Below are positions 53,815 to 64,000 of a DNA stretch of 64,000 bases, piece after piece. Position 1 is the first letter of the stretch. Every line of letters starts with the position of its first letter. The notes below the pieces were generated by a model that saw only the letters and a program-made list of their open reading frames with translations, had not been told where the DNA came from and did no database searches. The stretch comes from Lama glama (lineage: Eukaryota): NCBI GenBank assembly GCA_028534125.1, contig CM052816.1, positions 93,498,001 through 93,562,000 on the forward strand. Direction: 5' to 3'. Both the position numbers and the translations under genes were made by a program.

Positions 53815-54436
53815 TCTTAATCTCCCTAAGAATCTCGGTTCCAGCTACTGCTTCCTAACCTGTGTAACCTGCCAGCAACACAGACCAGTGCTGAAACCTG
53901 ACGTGACACCACCAGCCACATGGGGGTAAGCTGATTGCATTGTGTTGCTGTGTTTCTGCCATCCTGGAAGCAGCAGCCATTGCTCTTTACCAGAACTAAC
54001 ACATTTCCAGCCACCAGTTTGCCTTTTCTGCCCGTAGGGCGGCTGCCTGCAACACTATAAAAGGGCTTACAAAGGGATTGGTTCACTGGTTCAGATCCTG
54101 GGGAATATTACACTAACCAAGGGGCTCACTACTTCAAAAAGGGGGTGTAGCCATGGGCACAAGACTGTGGGATCTAATGGTCTTACTACCCAAAAGCTAC
54201 TACCTTTTTGAAACCATTGCTGAGGTCAAAGATTGGAGGACATAACCTCACATGAATGGGTTTCCATTTTCTAAGGTATAGTACAAATTCTATATCAAAA
54301 GCTATTATCTCAAAGTGTGTCCATTAAAGATAGAACATGGGTCTGAACACCTACGTATGGAGATAGGAGTGGCTAACTTCTCCTTACTCCCAAGGATCCA
54401 TTTGGGAAATTGCTGCTTCCTGGCCTCAAAATTTAG
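53815..54436 (+). pseudogene. Decayed ERVL (class III) integrase
   Basis: 53861 CVTCQQHRPVL (Zn-finger CxxC, cf. CPICQQQRPTL), LPSWKQQ.LLFTRTNT (cf. LPSWKGQRFVLTGIDT), TNQGAHY (cf. SDQGTHF), ...DPFGKLLLP; stops and frameshifts. Confidence 0.85.
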
Positions 54437-54439
54437 TCA

Positions 54440-55810
54440 CTAATACAGTGACTGTGAAGTGAGAAAAGGGATCCCCAAATTTTCAAGGATGACTTGAAAT
54501 TGACTCTATACTAATTTTAGCTCTTCAAAAATCCGGAATGCTCAGCCAGTCAGGTTAGGAGCATAGGAGGCCAAGGAAATAATGGTCTCCTTCTCAGACT
54601 CACCTTCTGGTGGACCTGTTTGGTTTCTGAACATGTCCAGTGGTTACTTTCCCAGTTCCTGAATGAGTAATTTAGTGTAAACACTCAGCAAAAAGCAGAA
54701 TCCTCATATTAGTTCTCTGATAAGTGAAGTGAGAGCTACTGTGATAGAACCAGTTTAATGGAAGCCACTAGATCTGCCTCTACCTAGAAAACTAGTGAAC
54801 TGAAACAAATACTCCATTCCTAGAGGATCTGAAGAGGTTAGTGTCACTTTCAAGGACTTGAAGGATGCAGAGATGATGATTTCTACCACATTCTCATTCT
54901 AATAACCCATCTGGTCTGTGCAAGAAGATACAGGCTTTGGAGAATGACAATGGATTAATGTCAATTTTAGCACACAATGACTCCAATTGCAAATGGCGCA
55001 CTAGATGTGTTTTCCTTATTAGAGCAAGTCAACATAGTTTTTGGTACCTAGAATGCAATTATTGATCTGGAAATCTCTATTCTTCATAGCTTGTAGGAAA
55101 GACCACAACCAAGAGTGAGTTTTCAATTTTCTGGCTATTCACTGACCTGCCATATGGCTATTCCCACTCTCCAGCCCTCTCTCACAGTCTAGTCTGCAAG
55201 GATCTTGACTGTCTTTCCATTCCAAAAGATATCATGCCAGTCCACCATATTGATAATAAAATGCAAATGGACCTAGTGATCAGGAAGAAGTTCTTCCAGC
55301 TGCTAAATACAGCTGTCCTACACATGCGCACTGTAACACTTAGAAGACCTAGGTGTGCCAGAAAGCAGAAAGTAAAACCCTTGAAAGTTCAGGTTCCTGC
55401 TACTGCAGTTAAATTCTGAGAGTCCCAGTGGTTCAAGCACATTGTACAGTCCTTTCCGGTTGAAGGACATGTTATTGTACCTGATCTGTTCTAAAAATAA
55501 GAAAGAGGTGGAGCTCCAGAAGTTACAGGCGGCATATGCCTTATTCGGGTGGGCTGCTTTGATCCGTTCACCAAACAACACAAAAAGCTGACAATTTTAC
55601 GTGTGCTTCAGAGCAAGAGAAGGATCTTCAATGGTCCCAACCGGTTGTGCAAGTTGCCCTGCCATTAGGACCACATCGAGATCAAACAGGGCTCGAAATA
55701 TCTGCGCCAGTTAGGGATGTTCCATGGAGCCTGTGAAGGGAAGCTACACTCTCCTTTGCAGATAATATTCTCCTTTTGACTGAGGGTTTCTGGGTTGCTT
55801 TGTGCTATGT
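54440..55810 (+). pseudogene. Decayed ERVL protease, reverse transcriptase and tether
   Basis: 54759 WKPLDLPLPRKLVN*NKYSIPRG.EEVSVTFKDLKDA; 55147 LPYGYSHSPALSHSLVCKDLD...VHHIDN (YIDD decayed); KVQVPATAVKF; VQVALPLGPH; many stops. Confidence 0.9.
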
Positions 55811-56501
55811 TTTTCAAACAAAGAATAGCTCCCTGATGCAGAAGGCAGGTCCAGCTTTGATCCAGAGCTATAGGAATCGGCGCTGCATCTATTTTGCTGG
55901 GGATTCCTGAGATTACAAACAGCGTCTTTTTTCCATGACTGATACGTCTAGCAACATGAGATCTATACAGTCGTAAGTTGTGGGGCATCTGAACCTCCTC
56001 AACTTGTTCCTGTTGCAAAGCACTTTCTTGCTCTGTGTTCCCTTTGAAAACCTCATCCTTCTGTGTCTCTCAATGAAAAGGCTGGAGCCATATTCTTAAA
56101 TGCAATATATCACCCTTCCAAAATCTAAGGAGGCCTACCAAGTTTTCTACCACTTTCTTAGTGGCTAGAATGAAGAGGTAAATAACTTACTCTTTATCTT
56201 CACTGGGATATTCTGGACCTCTACGATCATGGCTGGTATGGCAGGCTCCTTGATCTTTTTTTTCTTGGTGGTATTATATGAGACTTGATATTCTTTGTTT
56301 TCTTCTCCCTGCTTCACAGAACTACTTAGCATAATGCTGTCAATAGTATAGATCAATATGATTGAGGAACACACAGGCAATTGAGTTTACTGTGTGATAG
56401 AACATGAGAGAGAACAGAAGAATGGACATAATTCTAGGGCAAAATAGTGAATGTACAGGGTTCTTCTGCAATATAAAGATGAACTGGTTTTGATTCTACC
56501 T

Positions 56502-56845
56502 TGTGTTAGTTTTCTACTGCTGTGAAACAAATAACCACATACTTAGTAGCCTAAAATGAGACTATGCAATCAGTGTTTACCATCTCACAGTCCCGTAGGT
56601 CAGAAGTCCAGGATCTGCCCTGCTGGGTTCTCTACTCAGGCCCTCACACTCAAGGTACTGGCTGGGCCGCGGTATTATCTGGAAGCTCTGGGGAAGAATT
56701 CATTTTGAAGATTCAGGCTGTTGGCAAAATCCAGTCCTTGTGGCTTCCGGTTTCCTGTTGTCTTGCTGGATCTCAGCTCCTGGAGACCATCCACATTCCT
56801 AGTCACATGGCTCCCTCAATCCACAAAGCCATGAATGAAGAATCA
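56502..56845 (-). mobile_element. MaLR LTR, truncated (MLT1E-like)
   Basis: 'tgtgttagttttctactgctgtgaaacaaataaccac...atctcacagt...ggtcagaagtcc...gctctggggaagaatt'. Confidence 0.8.
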
Positions 56846-59624
56846 ACTTACAGAATTTTAACGCATAGGCACCTTAGCATTAACCTTCATCCCTTAAAGG
56901 AAGGATCAGGGAGAACTTTCCATATGTACTTGCGTTGATATTGTGGGATATTTCCTCCAAGAAAATTGGATTCCATTTTCATTGTTGGGATTTGATGTGT
57001 GTTGTCCATGAAGGACCATGATGTTCTGTTTCAGTGAATGACACCAACCTTCTGCTCCTCAGCTTTTGAGGAGTCCTGTTCGGGACTTTCACATACGCCT
57101 GTGGAAAATATGCAAACTTCTTAAAAGGATCCTTTCCAAAATCTACTCCATTTTCTCTAGAAGCAAGTTCTGTTTGTAATGACTTAAGGGTCTTTCAAAA
57201 TGTTTAATGAAATTTTATTTAATTCAGTAAATAATTACTGTTTGTATTATGCTCATGTCAGTGTTCAACGCAGAGAGAAGTGTATGCTATAATTTTTAAA
57301 TTTTTTGTTCAATATTTTCTTTTTTGATGTAAGATTTCTTTTTCTAACTTACATAATTTTCTATATGCCTATTCTTATTTATCGTGTATAAAATCTGTCA
57401 TGTGTCCATTTATGCTTTTTCCTCCCCACAATCAAACGTAGGAGGTAATCTTTTAAAGCCATGGTCCCCTTGGAGATCTTGTCCTTGGAACACTCCACTC
57501 CACCTAGTTAAACCTAGACTGGTTTCTCTTTAGGAACGCTGTCAAGTTGTTATCCTGGACCTCTTCTTTGCCACAAAGCTTCGTTAAATCCTTCGTTTGC
57601 TAGACTACCAATCTTCCATTTTCTTGGTTTGCTTGGTTTGCTTTCTTGGTTTGGTTCACAATCAGTTGACTGATTTGTGATATGGCATGCATGGAAAGTA
57701 AATAGGTTGCATTTCTGAATTATTAAAATCTCTCTATTATTTTCACAACTTTTGGGGCAGCAATTTCCAGAAGGAACTGGGGAGTTTCTGTCCACTTCCC
57801 TATTTTTGGACTCATAGCTCACCTACACTTTTCTTGAAACTGAATTCTACCAAAAGGCAAATCACCTTGCTCTGCCTCAGTGCTGGCCTCCGATTGTACT
57901 TTAAGTAAGTTTCTTATCTCCGAAAATTTCACCATTTTATCAGCCTGCTGCTTTTCAAATATGGGCTGCAATGTTTTGTTCACTGATGTTTTTACAATAC
58001 ACATTCACTTCATGTATTGCAATTTTTAAACTATCATTTTAGAAGAGTTTTGAGAGTCAGAAGGTAAGTAGTCTGTCTGCCTATCTGCTGTACTTAACTA
58101 GATTTTTTTTTCTTTTATAGATTTCCTTCTGAACTCCACACAATTATCAAGGTGTACATTTTCCCATCTCTAAAGAGGTACGCTTTATACAGAATCAAAA
58201 TCATGAATAATGATCACAAGCCCATAGAACATTAGTGGTAAAAGAGATCTTACAGATTTCTGGCACAACCCATGTATTTTTCAAAAGGTAGACAGGCCAA
58301 TTTCATGCAGAAAATTAATAGCAAATCTGGGACTTAAACACATGTGTTCTGCCCTATTCTTCTTTTTCTTCATGCTTTCTTCCTCTGATCAAACATTTTT
58401 TGAGGACCAGGTATTGTACGATATACTGAAGATAAAAGCTTGAGTAAGAAATTGCACCTAGGAATTTCAATATTTATTGAGGAGTAGGTCAGTGGTGAAG
58501 AGGGATACCTGAAATTTCTGATAAAAAGATTTAATCTTATAATTTTGCATTTGGGAAACTTAAATTGTTTTCCTAAAACAAATAACAGAAAGTAAGTCTT
58601 GACAGAAATTCTCGTCTGATTGAGAGAAACAAAGTAATAATTTATAACTGGAGTCTTCATTAAAGTTATCAGAACATCCAGGCATTGTTAGAAGACGGCT
58701 GAGATGTTTAATTTATCACCAAGAAGGTAGATAAAAATATTGAGAAACATCCTATATATAATGTTCAGACTTTTAAAAAATCTCGCTCTCCTGTTCCTCT
58801 CTTTAAATAGCTTGAGCTGAGGCTGAATCATCTTGGCTAGGCAAAGAGTTCTTGTCTGAAATAAAGTTGGTTTTCTAGTCCTTAGAATACTCTTGGGTGT
58901 TTTACACTGGTTTGTCTCAAGACATCTTGAGACATGTGATACCGGGCTCTTGCTACAGGACTCTTTACTAATCACAGATTGTTTTAATTTCTAGTTAACA
59001 CCGGAACAATTTCCTGCCATTGTCACTGTTTCAGTAATATTGGTGAGCTATATTTTCATTCTTTTTGGGAACTGTGTTCCTTCCACTGAATTGGTGTTCT
59101 CTGCTGACTGTGGAAAAAGGAAGGGTAATTTAAAATGCCTTCATAGGTAAAGCCTCCTTTTACTAGAGGACACACCTGGCTGAGTCCTCAGTGTAAATTC
59201 CATTCCCCTTTCTCCTCAGTACCACTGAACATTCCCCAGAGAAAAGTCTCTATCGCTACCTAGTTATTTGATGCCCAATGGCAGGGGAGGTGCATTAGGC
59301 ACTCTGTATTCAATTTAGGATCCAGAATATGATCTTTGTTAAAGAGGGAGCAAGAAGGTATATGAGATGGAGGCAGTTTTTATTATGATTGGACAGAGAC
59401 AGTTTATTCATCGTTTACTATTTGTATCAGAAAACAAGAAAAAAGAAAAATGATAAATCAGCAATTACTAAACTGATGTGTGCTCTTATTTGTGATTTCT
59501 ATACGTAGGTTCACAATTCAGGTTGTCTTGTGTCTCAGTAAATCAAATTACGTGTATACATATAAATCTACTTTCACAACCCAAACGCTTTATGTTATTT
59601 CTCAAATGCAGTAGCAGGATGCTT

Positions 59625-59880
59625 GCTGTGCCTTGCTTCTTCTCAGTTCTGGGAGAAAAACTCCATTATAGCGACTGCCTTTCCAGTTGGCTTCCTGAGA
59701 GTGTCTGCCGATGGGAAAGTGAAGCTCAGGGAAGGCAGAGCTGGAGGACATTTTATCTGGGTTTCAGCAGTGCCACCAGCATTGTCACAAGCAGCGCCTC
59801 CACATGGCCGCCTGCAGTGTCACCGGCGGTGCCTCTAGTGGCAAAGGTGGCAAAAGCAGTGACTGCAGCATCCCAGCTTG
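59625..59880 (+). mobile_element. Possible ERVL LTR fragment (LTR41/LTR50-like)
   Basis: 'ccagttggcttcctgagagtgtctgccgatggga' resembles the LTR41/50 motif; GC-rich island. Confidence 0.35.
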
Positions 59881-60487
59881 AAAGATGAAACTTAAAAAAA
59901 AGAAAATTATATTCAAACATTTTTTAAAAAGTGATCCAACACGTCATTCCTTATAAGAATTGAAGTTTCTGTCAGGGGCCACTTTTCAAAAGAGCAGTCC
60001 TTTGAAATAATCATCAGACATCAAAACTCACAAGGAGAGCCCATCCCTTTTTAGCTCATGCATTTCTTGTAAAGATGGGAAGTGGTTTAAAATAAAGAGT
60101 TGTCAGTGAAAACTCTTCGCTATATTAAATTATCTGTATCCCCCATGAAAGCATAGCCCATTTCTCTACCTACCCCTTGTTTTTTGACTTGAATGGGAAA
60201 ATGATAGGAACTCTATGCATGTGGGATAGGGTGAGATTACCAGAAATCCAGTTCGTTTTCATATCATTATACACGTGGAATTTAGATTACTCTAGAACTA
60301 ATGTTTCCATAATACACTATAGGTGGTCAGTTGAGGATTTTAAAATGAAAATTCCTAAAATATTCTAAGCTACAGAGCAAACTGAAATACCAGATTGCTG
60401 AGAAGGTGAGGATATGCAAAATTTTAGAAACTTTTAAGACAGAAAGCAACTTAAGTAAAAAACGAAACAAAACAAAGCATAAAAGCC

Positions 60488-60906
60488 ATATTCGTTTCCT
60501 ATTGCTACTCTAATTACCACAAATTTCGAGGCTCAAAACAATACATATTTATTATCTTACAGTTTCAGAGATCAGAAATCCAAAACTCAGTTTCACTGAC
60601 CTGAAATCAAGCTACTGGCAGGCCTTCCGAATGCGCTGGTGGGGAAAGAGATTTTCTTGAGTTTACCAGCTTCTAGAAACCGTAACCATCCCTTGGCTTC
60701 TGGCCCCGTCCACCATCTTCAGAATCAGCACTGTAGCATCTTCTCTCCTCTCTGACTTTCTGTCTCCGTCTCATAAGCATTGTTGGGATTACTTTGGGCC
60801 CACCCAGGTAACCCAGGATAATGTCATCTCAAGATTCTTAATCACATCTGCAAAGTCCCTTTTGCCACATAAAGTAACATATTCACAGGTTCTAGGGACT
60901 AGAACG
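60488..60906 (-). mobile_element. MaLR solo LTR (MLT1D-like)
   Basis: 'tttcctattgct...aattaccacaaattt...aatcacatctgcaaagtcccttttgcca...attcacaggttctaggga'. Confidence 0.9.
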
Positions 60907-61294
60907 CTGAAATACTGTTTTCTCTAAAATATAATATGTTAACCAAAAGTTAAATCAAATAATAAACTTTTAAGAAACATTAAATTTCCATGTATTTACT
61001 ATACATAGTATCTAATTATTGCCCTTTATTTAAACGTTTTTATGTTTCTATATGTTACACATTATGCATTAGTTAGTAATATGTGGTATTTGGAGGGGAA
61101 AAATTTGTGTGTATAATGGGCGAAATCCTATGACAATGTATGTTTGCTCAGTTGCTTCATACCCAGAGGAATTTCAATCTGTGGATGCACACAGTTGTAG
61201 CCCAAGAAATTTATCTGATGGCATTACCTCTTGGGTTATAAGCAGAATTCTTACTTAAAAATAACACCCTTTTAATTCTAGCTTTATATATGCT

Positions 61295-62005
61295 CGTAGG
61301 GTGATCTAGTTTATCCTGTGGTAATAAACATCATAGTGCTCTGTGTAGTTTAACATGGCAGAAGTTTACTCCTTGTTCCTATCAAGCCTATTACTGGTCT
61401 GGGAGATTCTCCAGGGCAGCTATCTGCTGCTTTGATCTGGTGGTACTTCCATTCCAATACTGGCTTCCCTGATGTAATGGACTGAATGCTTGTGTGTCTC
61501 GCCAAATTCATACGTGGAAACCCTACCCTCCACTGTGATGGTATTTGGAGATAAGCCTTTTGGGAGATGATTAGGTTTATATATGGTTATAAGGGTGGGG
61601 CCCCATCACGGGATTTTTGAATTTATAAGAAAAGGAAGAGAGACCAGAGATTCCTCTCTCTGCCACATGAGGACACAGCAAGAAGGCGACCACCTACAAG
61701 CCAGGAAAAGCACCCTCACCAAAAATGTGACCACACTAGTGCCCTGTGTTGGACTTCCTGCTTCCAGAACAGTGAGCAGTGACTGTTTGTCAAAGCCACC
61801 CCATTGGTGATACCCTGTTTTAGTCAAGCCAGCCAGGACTCTTGGCCATTGGAGCGATAAAAAAGAGCAGGAGAATCATATTCCTTCTGTTCACATTTCT
61901 TTGAGTAGAACTAGACAAATGGCCGTGCCTTGCTGAAAGTGGACACACTCCACGTACTGACAATCCAAGGAAAACAGGCACAGGGAACACCAGTATTGTT
62001 GCCAC
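61295..62005 (-). mobile_element. Old MaLR LTR (MLT1J/K-like) split by a younger MLT1A-like LTR
   Basis: 'ctccagggcagct...ctgctttgatctggtgg' left of the insert; 'ttctgttcacatttc...agaactag...atggcc...gccaca' right of it. Confidence 0.55.
61473..61840 (+). mobile_element. MaLR solo LTR (MLT1A/A0-like)
   Basis: 'tgtaatggactgaatg...caaattcatacgtggaaaccct...tgtgatggtatttggagat...gaggacacagcaagaaggc'. Confidence 0.9.
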
Positions 62006-62142
62006 ATTTGCTCAAACTGAAAATATCAAACCAGCATCACAGTAACAAACGTCTACAGCTTTTTAAGTGACATGAAAATGGAAAATACTGTCAACAGTTC
62101 ACTAGTAAGACTAAAAATAGCTTTTAGAAAAAATATAATGCT

Positions 62143-62592
62143 TATATTAGTTTCTTAAATGACCATAAACTTAGTGGCTTAACACAGTAGAAATTTATTC
62201 TCTCCGAGTTCTGGAAGCCAGAAGTCAGAAATCAAGGTATGGCAGGGTCACATTTCCTCCAAACACTCGGCCTGGCGGGAGACTTTCCTTGTCCCTCCGA
62301 CCTCGGGTAGTCCCAGTGATCCTTGGCTTGTGGCTGCACAACTCTGCCTCCATCTTCACGTGGCCTCTCCTCTGTGTGTGTATCTTCTCTTTTCTGTTTC
62401 TTATAGGAACACGTTGGAACAAGGCCCTACTCAGATAATCCAAAGTGATCTCATCTGGAGATCTTTGATTTAATTACATCCTCAAAGACCCTTGTCCCCA
62501 TCCCCAGTATGGTCATGTTCACAAATTCTGAGTGGGCGTATCTTCTTTTATTTTCAAGAGTCGGGGTGGTGGCACCATTTGATCTGCTATAG
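62143..62592 (-). mobile_element. MaLR solo LTR (MLT1C-like)
   Basis: 'agtggcttaacacagtagaaatttattctctc...gttctggaagccagaagtc...ccttggcttgtggctgca...ttaattacatc'. Confidence 0.9.
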
Positions 62593-63739
62593 ATACAGAA
62601 CCTAGGACTTTTAAAACAATGTTTCAAGGACACCGACAGGACAAGTCATCAATTACAATCATCTCATACACTGGACAGATGTATTAGCTTGCCAGCCCCT
62701 GTGTTAAATGAGAGTTGTATAGAAGATTTCCTTTTCCTCAGTTACACTTGGACAAATGATTCCTGGCCTTCCAGAGCTGATGTGTCACTGCTGGTCATAC
62801 TGTTGTATAAAAGACTATTTAGACATAAGCCTTTAAAAGTCCAAACTGAGAAAGAAATGGAGAGTATTAATAATGTTATTTTAATAAGCCTTTTGTGCTT
62901 CGTTCAGAAGCTAGGCACCCAGTAGACAGATAAAAATTTTTCCCCGCCTCACCTATTTGAAAGAACTGTTAGAGAGATTCCCTTGCTGTGTATCTTTATT
63001 GAAAAAATAAATTACAGCAGGAAAGTTCAAAAATAAAACATACCTATCATTTATTTCCTATTTCTGAAATATGATCTAGCAAAATTTGTCCTGGGAAGAC
63101 TAAGAGATTTGAGGAAATAAATTAGAAAATACTCCATCCTGAATAGATAAGGAAATGCTTTTATTAATTACAGCAAAATTACTAAAGAACTTGGACTTCC
63201 TATTTTTTTTCATAGATCAGCAACATTTTTTTAAACTCTTAATGGCTCAATTAACTTCATTATTTTGGAAAGTAAAAGCGACATTCCTAATTACTGTGTC
63301 AGATTTCTATTCCAAAAGTAGGCTTACAAGTTAGGTACATTTGAAATAAATGTATGTGTATCACAATATGATTCCATCTGTAAGTTACCAGGAAATCAAT
63401 TGCATAGCTGATGAAATATCTGTAAAAATTTTTGACCCATTCAAAGTAGTTTTATTTTCCCTTTTAGGTATTGGTCATAATTCTTTCTCACCCGGGTTCC
63501 TGTTCACATCTTTACATTTCTATTTATGAAAAGGTAAGAGTAAATGCTCAGAAATATATGCAAATCACAAGACTATGCAATGGCTGGAGAAAGACTTGGC
63601 GACATTTTAGCCAGTCCTAGTTCCTCCGTTCACAGGAACCAACCTGCAGTTTCCTCAAAGCATGGGGTTCCTAGGGTTCTGGCCAGTGAAGAAGTTGTTT
63701 TAGATATTTTCCTGCTGAGGCAGTGGAACAGGTAACAAC

Positions 63740-64000
63740 TGGGCCTTACTTGTATCCCCTCGCCCTATGACTCTATTGCCTCCTGACTTCCAGCATCTGC
63801 CCTTTCTGTCTGAAGACTTCCTATGCTGTAGAAAAGAGCCCTGTGGCTTGCATGCCCCTGGCTGGATGTGCTGGAGTCACGGCCTTGGAGCAGTGATTGA
63901 CAGGAGGTGGTGTGTAACTCCCCCGGCTCTCTCACCCTCCAGATGGAATGGCTCTGGCCTCCAAGTTTCCTCCGTGGGCTTGAGGCCAGTAACCCACAAT
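63740..64000 (+). mobile_element. ERVL LTR fragment (LTR16C/E-like), running off the window
   Basis: 'agtgattgacaggaggtggtgtgtaactcccccggctctctcaccctccagatggaatggctctg'. Confidence 0.6.

Noticed and set aside
53815..55810. Domesticated or active retroviral pol gene
   Set aside because: Numerous stops and frameshifts; catalytic motifs decayed (YIDD to HIDN; integrase Asp positions read as Asn).
58064..58120. GTAAGT...TAG mini-intron
   Set aside because: 57 nt is below the usual minimum mammalian intron length and there is no flanking coding evidence.
1432..63735. Short ORFs (60-151 aa) in the six-frame track as host genes
   Set aside because: Those with recognisable motifs are L1 ORF2, MaLR or ERVL remnants; the rest have no recognisable domain and are of chance length in AT-rich DNA.

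Overview
AT-rich, CpG-depleted placental-mammal genomic DNA with no recognisable protein-coding gene, RNA gene, CpG island or prokaryote-type system; it reads as intergenic or deep-intronic sequence. Much of the window is decayed interspersed repeats: LINE-1 fragments (the source of the L1-ORF2-like ORFs in the track), L2, MIR, many MaLR (MLT1) LTRs, ERVL LTRs (MLT2, LTR16/33/41-like), ERV1 solo LTRs (MER34- and MER31-like), hAT/Charlie relics and a decayed ERVL pol. I saw no Alu, B1/B2, Can-SINE, BovB/Bov-tA or PRE-1; together with the L1 3' ends this suggests a laurasiatherian (inference). Subfamily names come from recalled consensus sequences and need RepeatMasker/Dfam confirmation; boundaries are approximate. 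The most unusual structures are (i) an ERVL pol relic with integrase upstream of protease-RT on the same strand, (ii) a ~620 bp L1 segment apparently copied locally 4.4 kb away, (iii) a 177 bp inverted/deleted L1 insertion with a perfect 14 bp TSD, and (iv) a MaLR provirus carrying nested ERVL LTRs. I cannot support a new functional biological system from this sequence alone.
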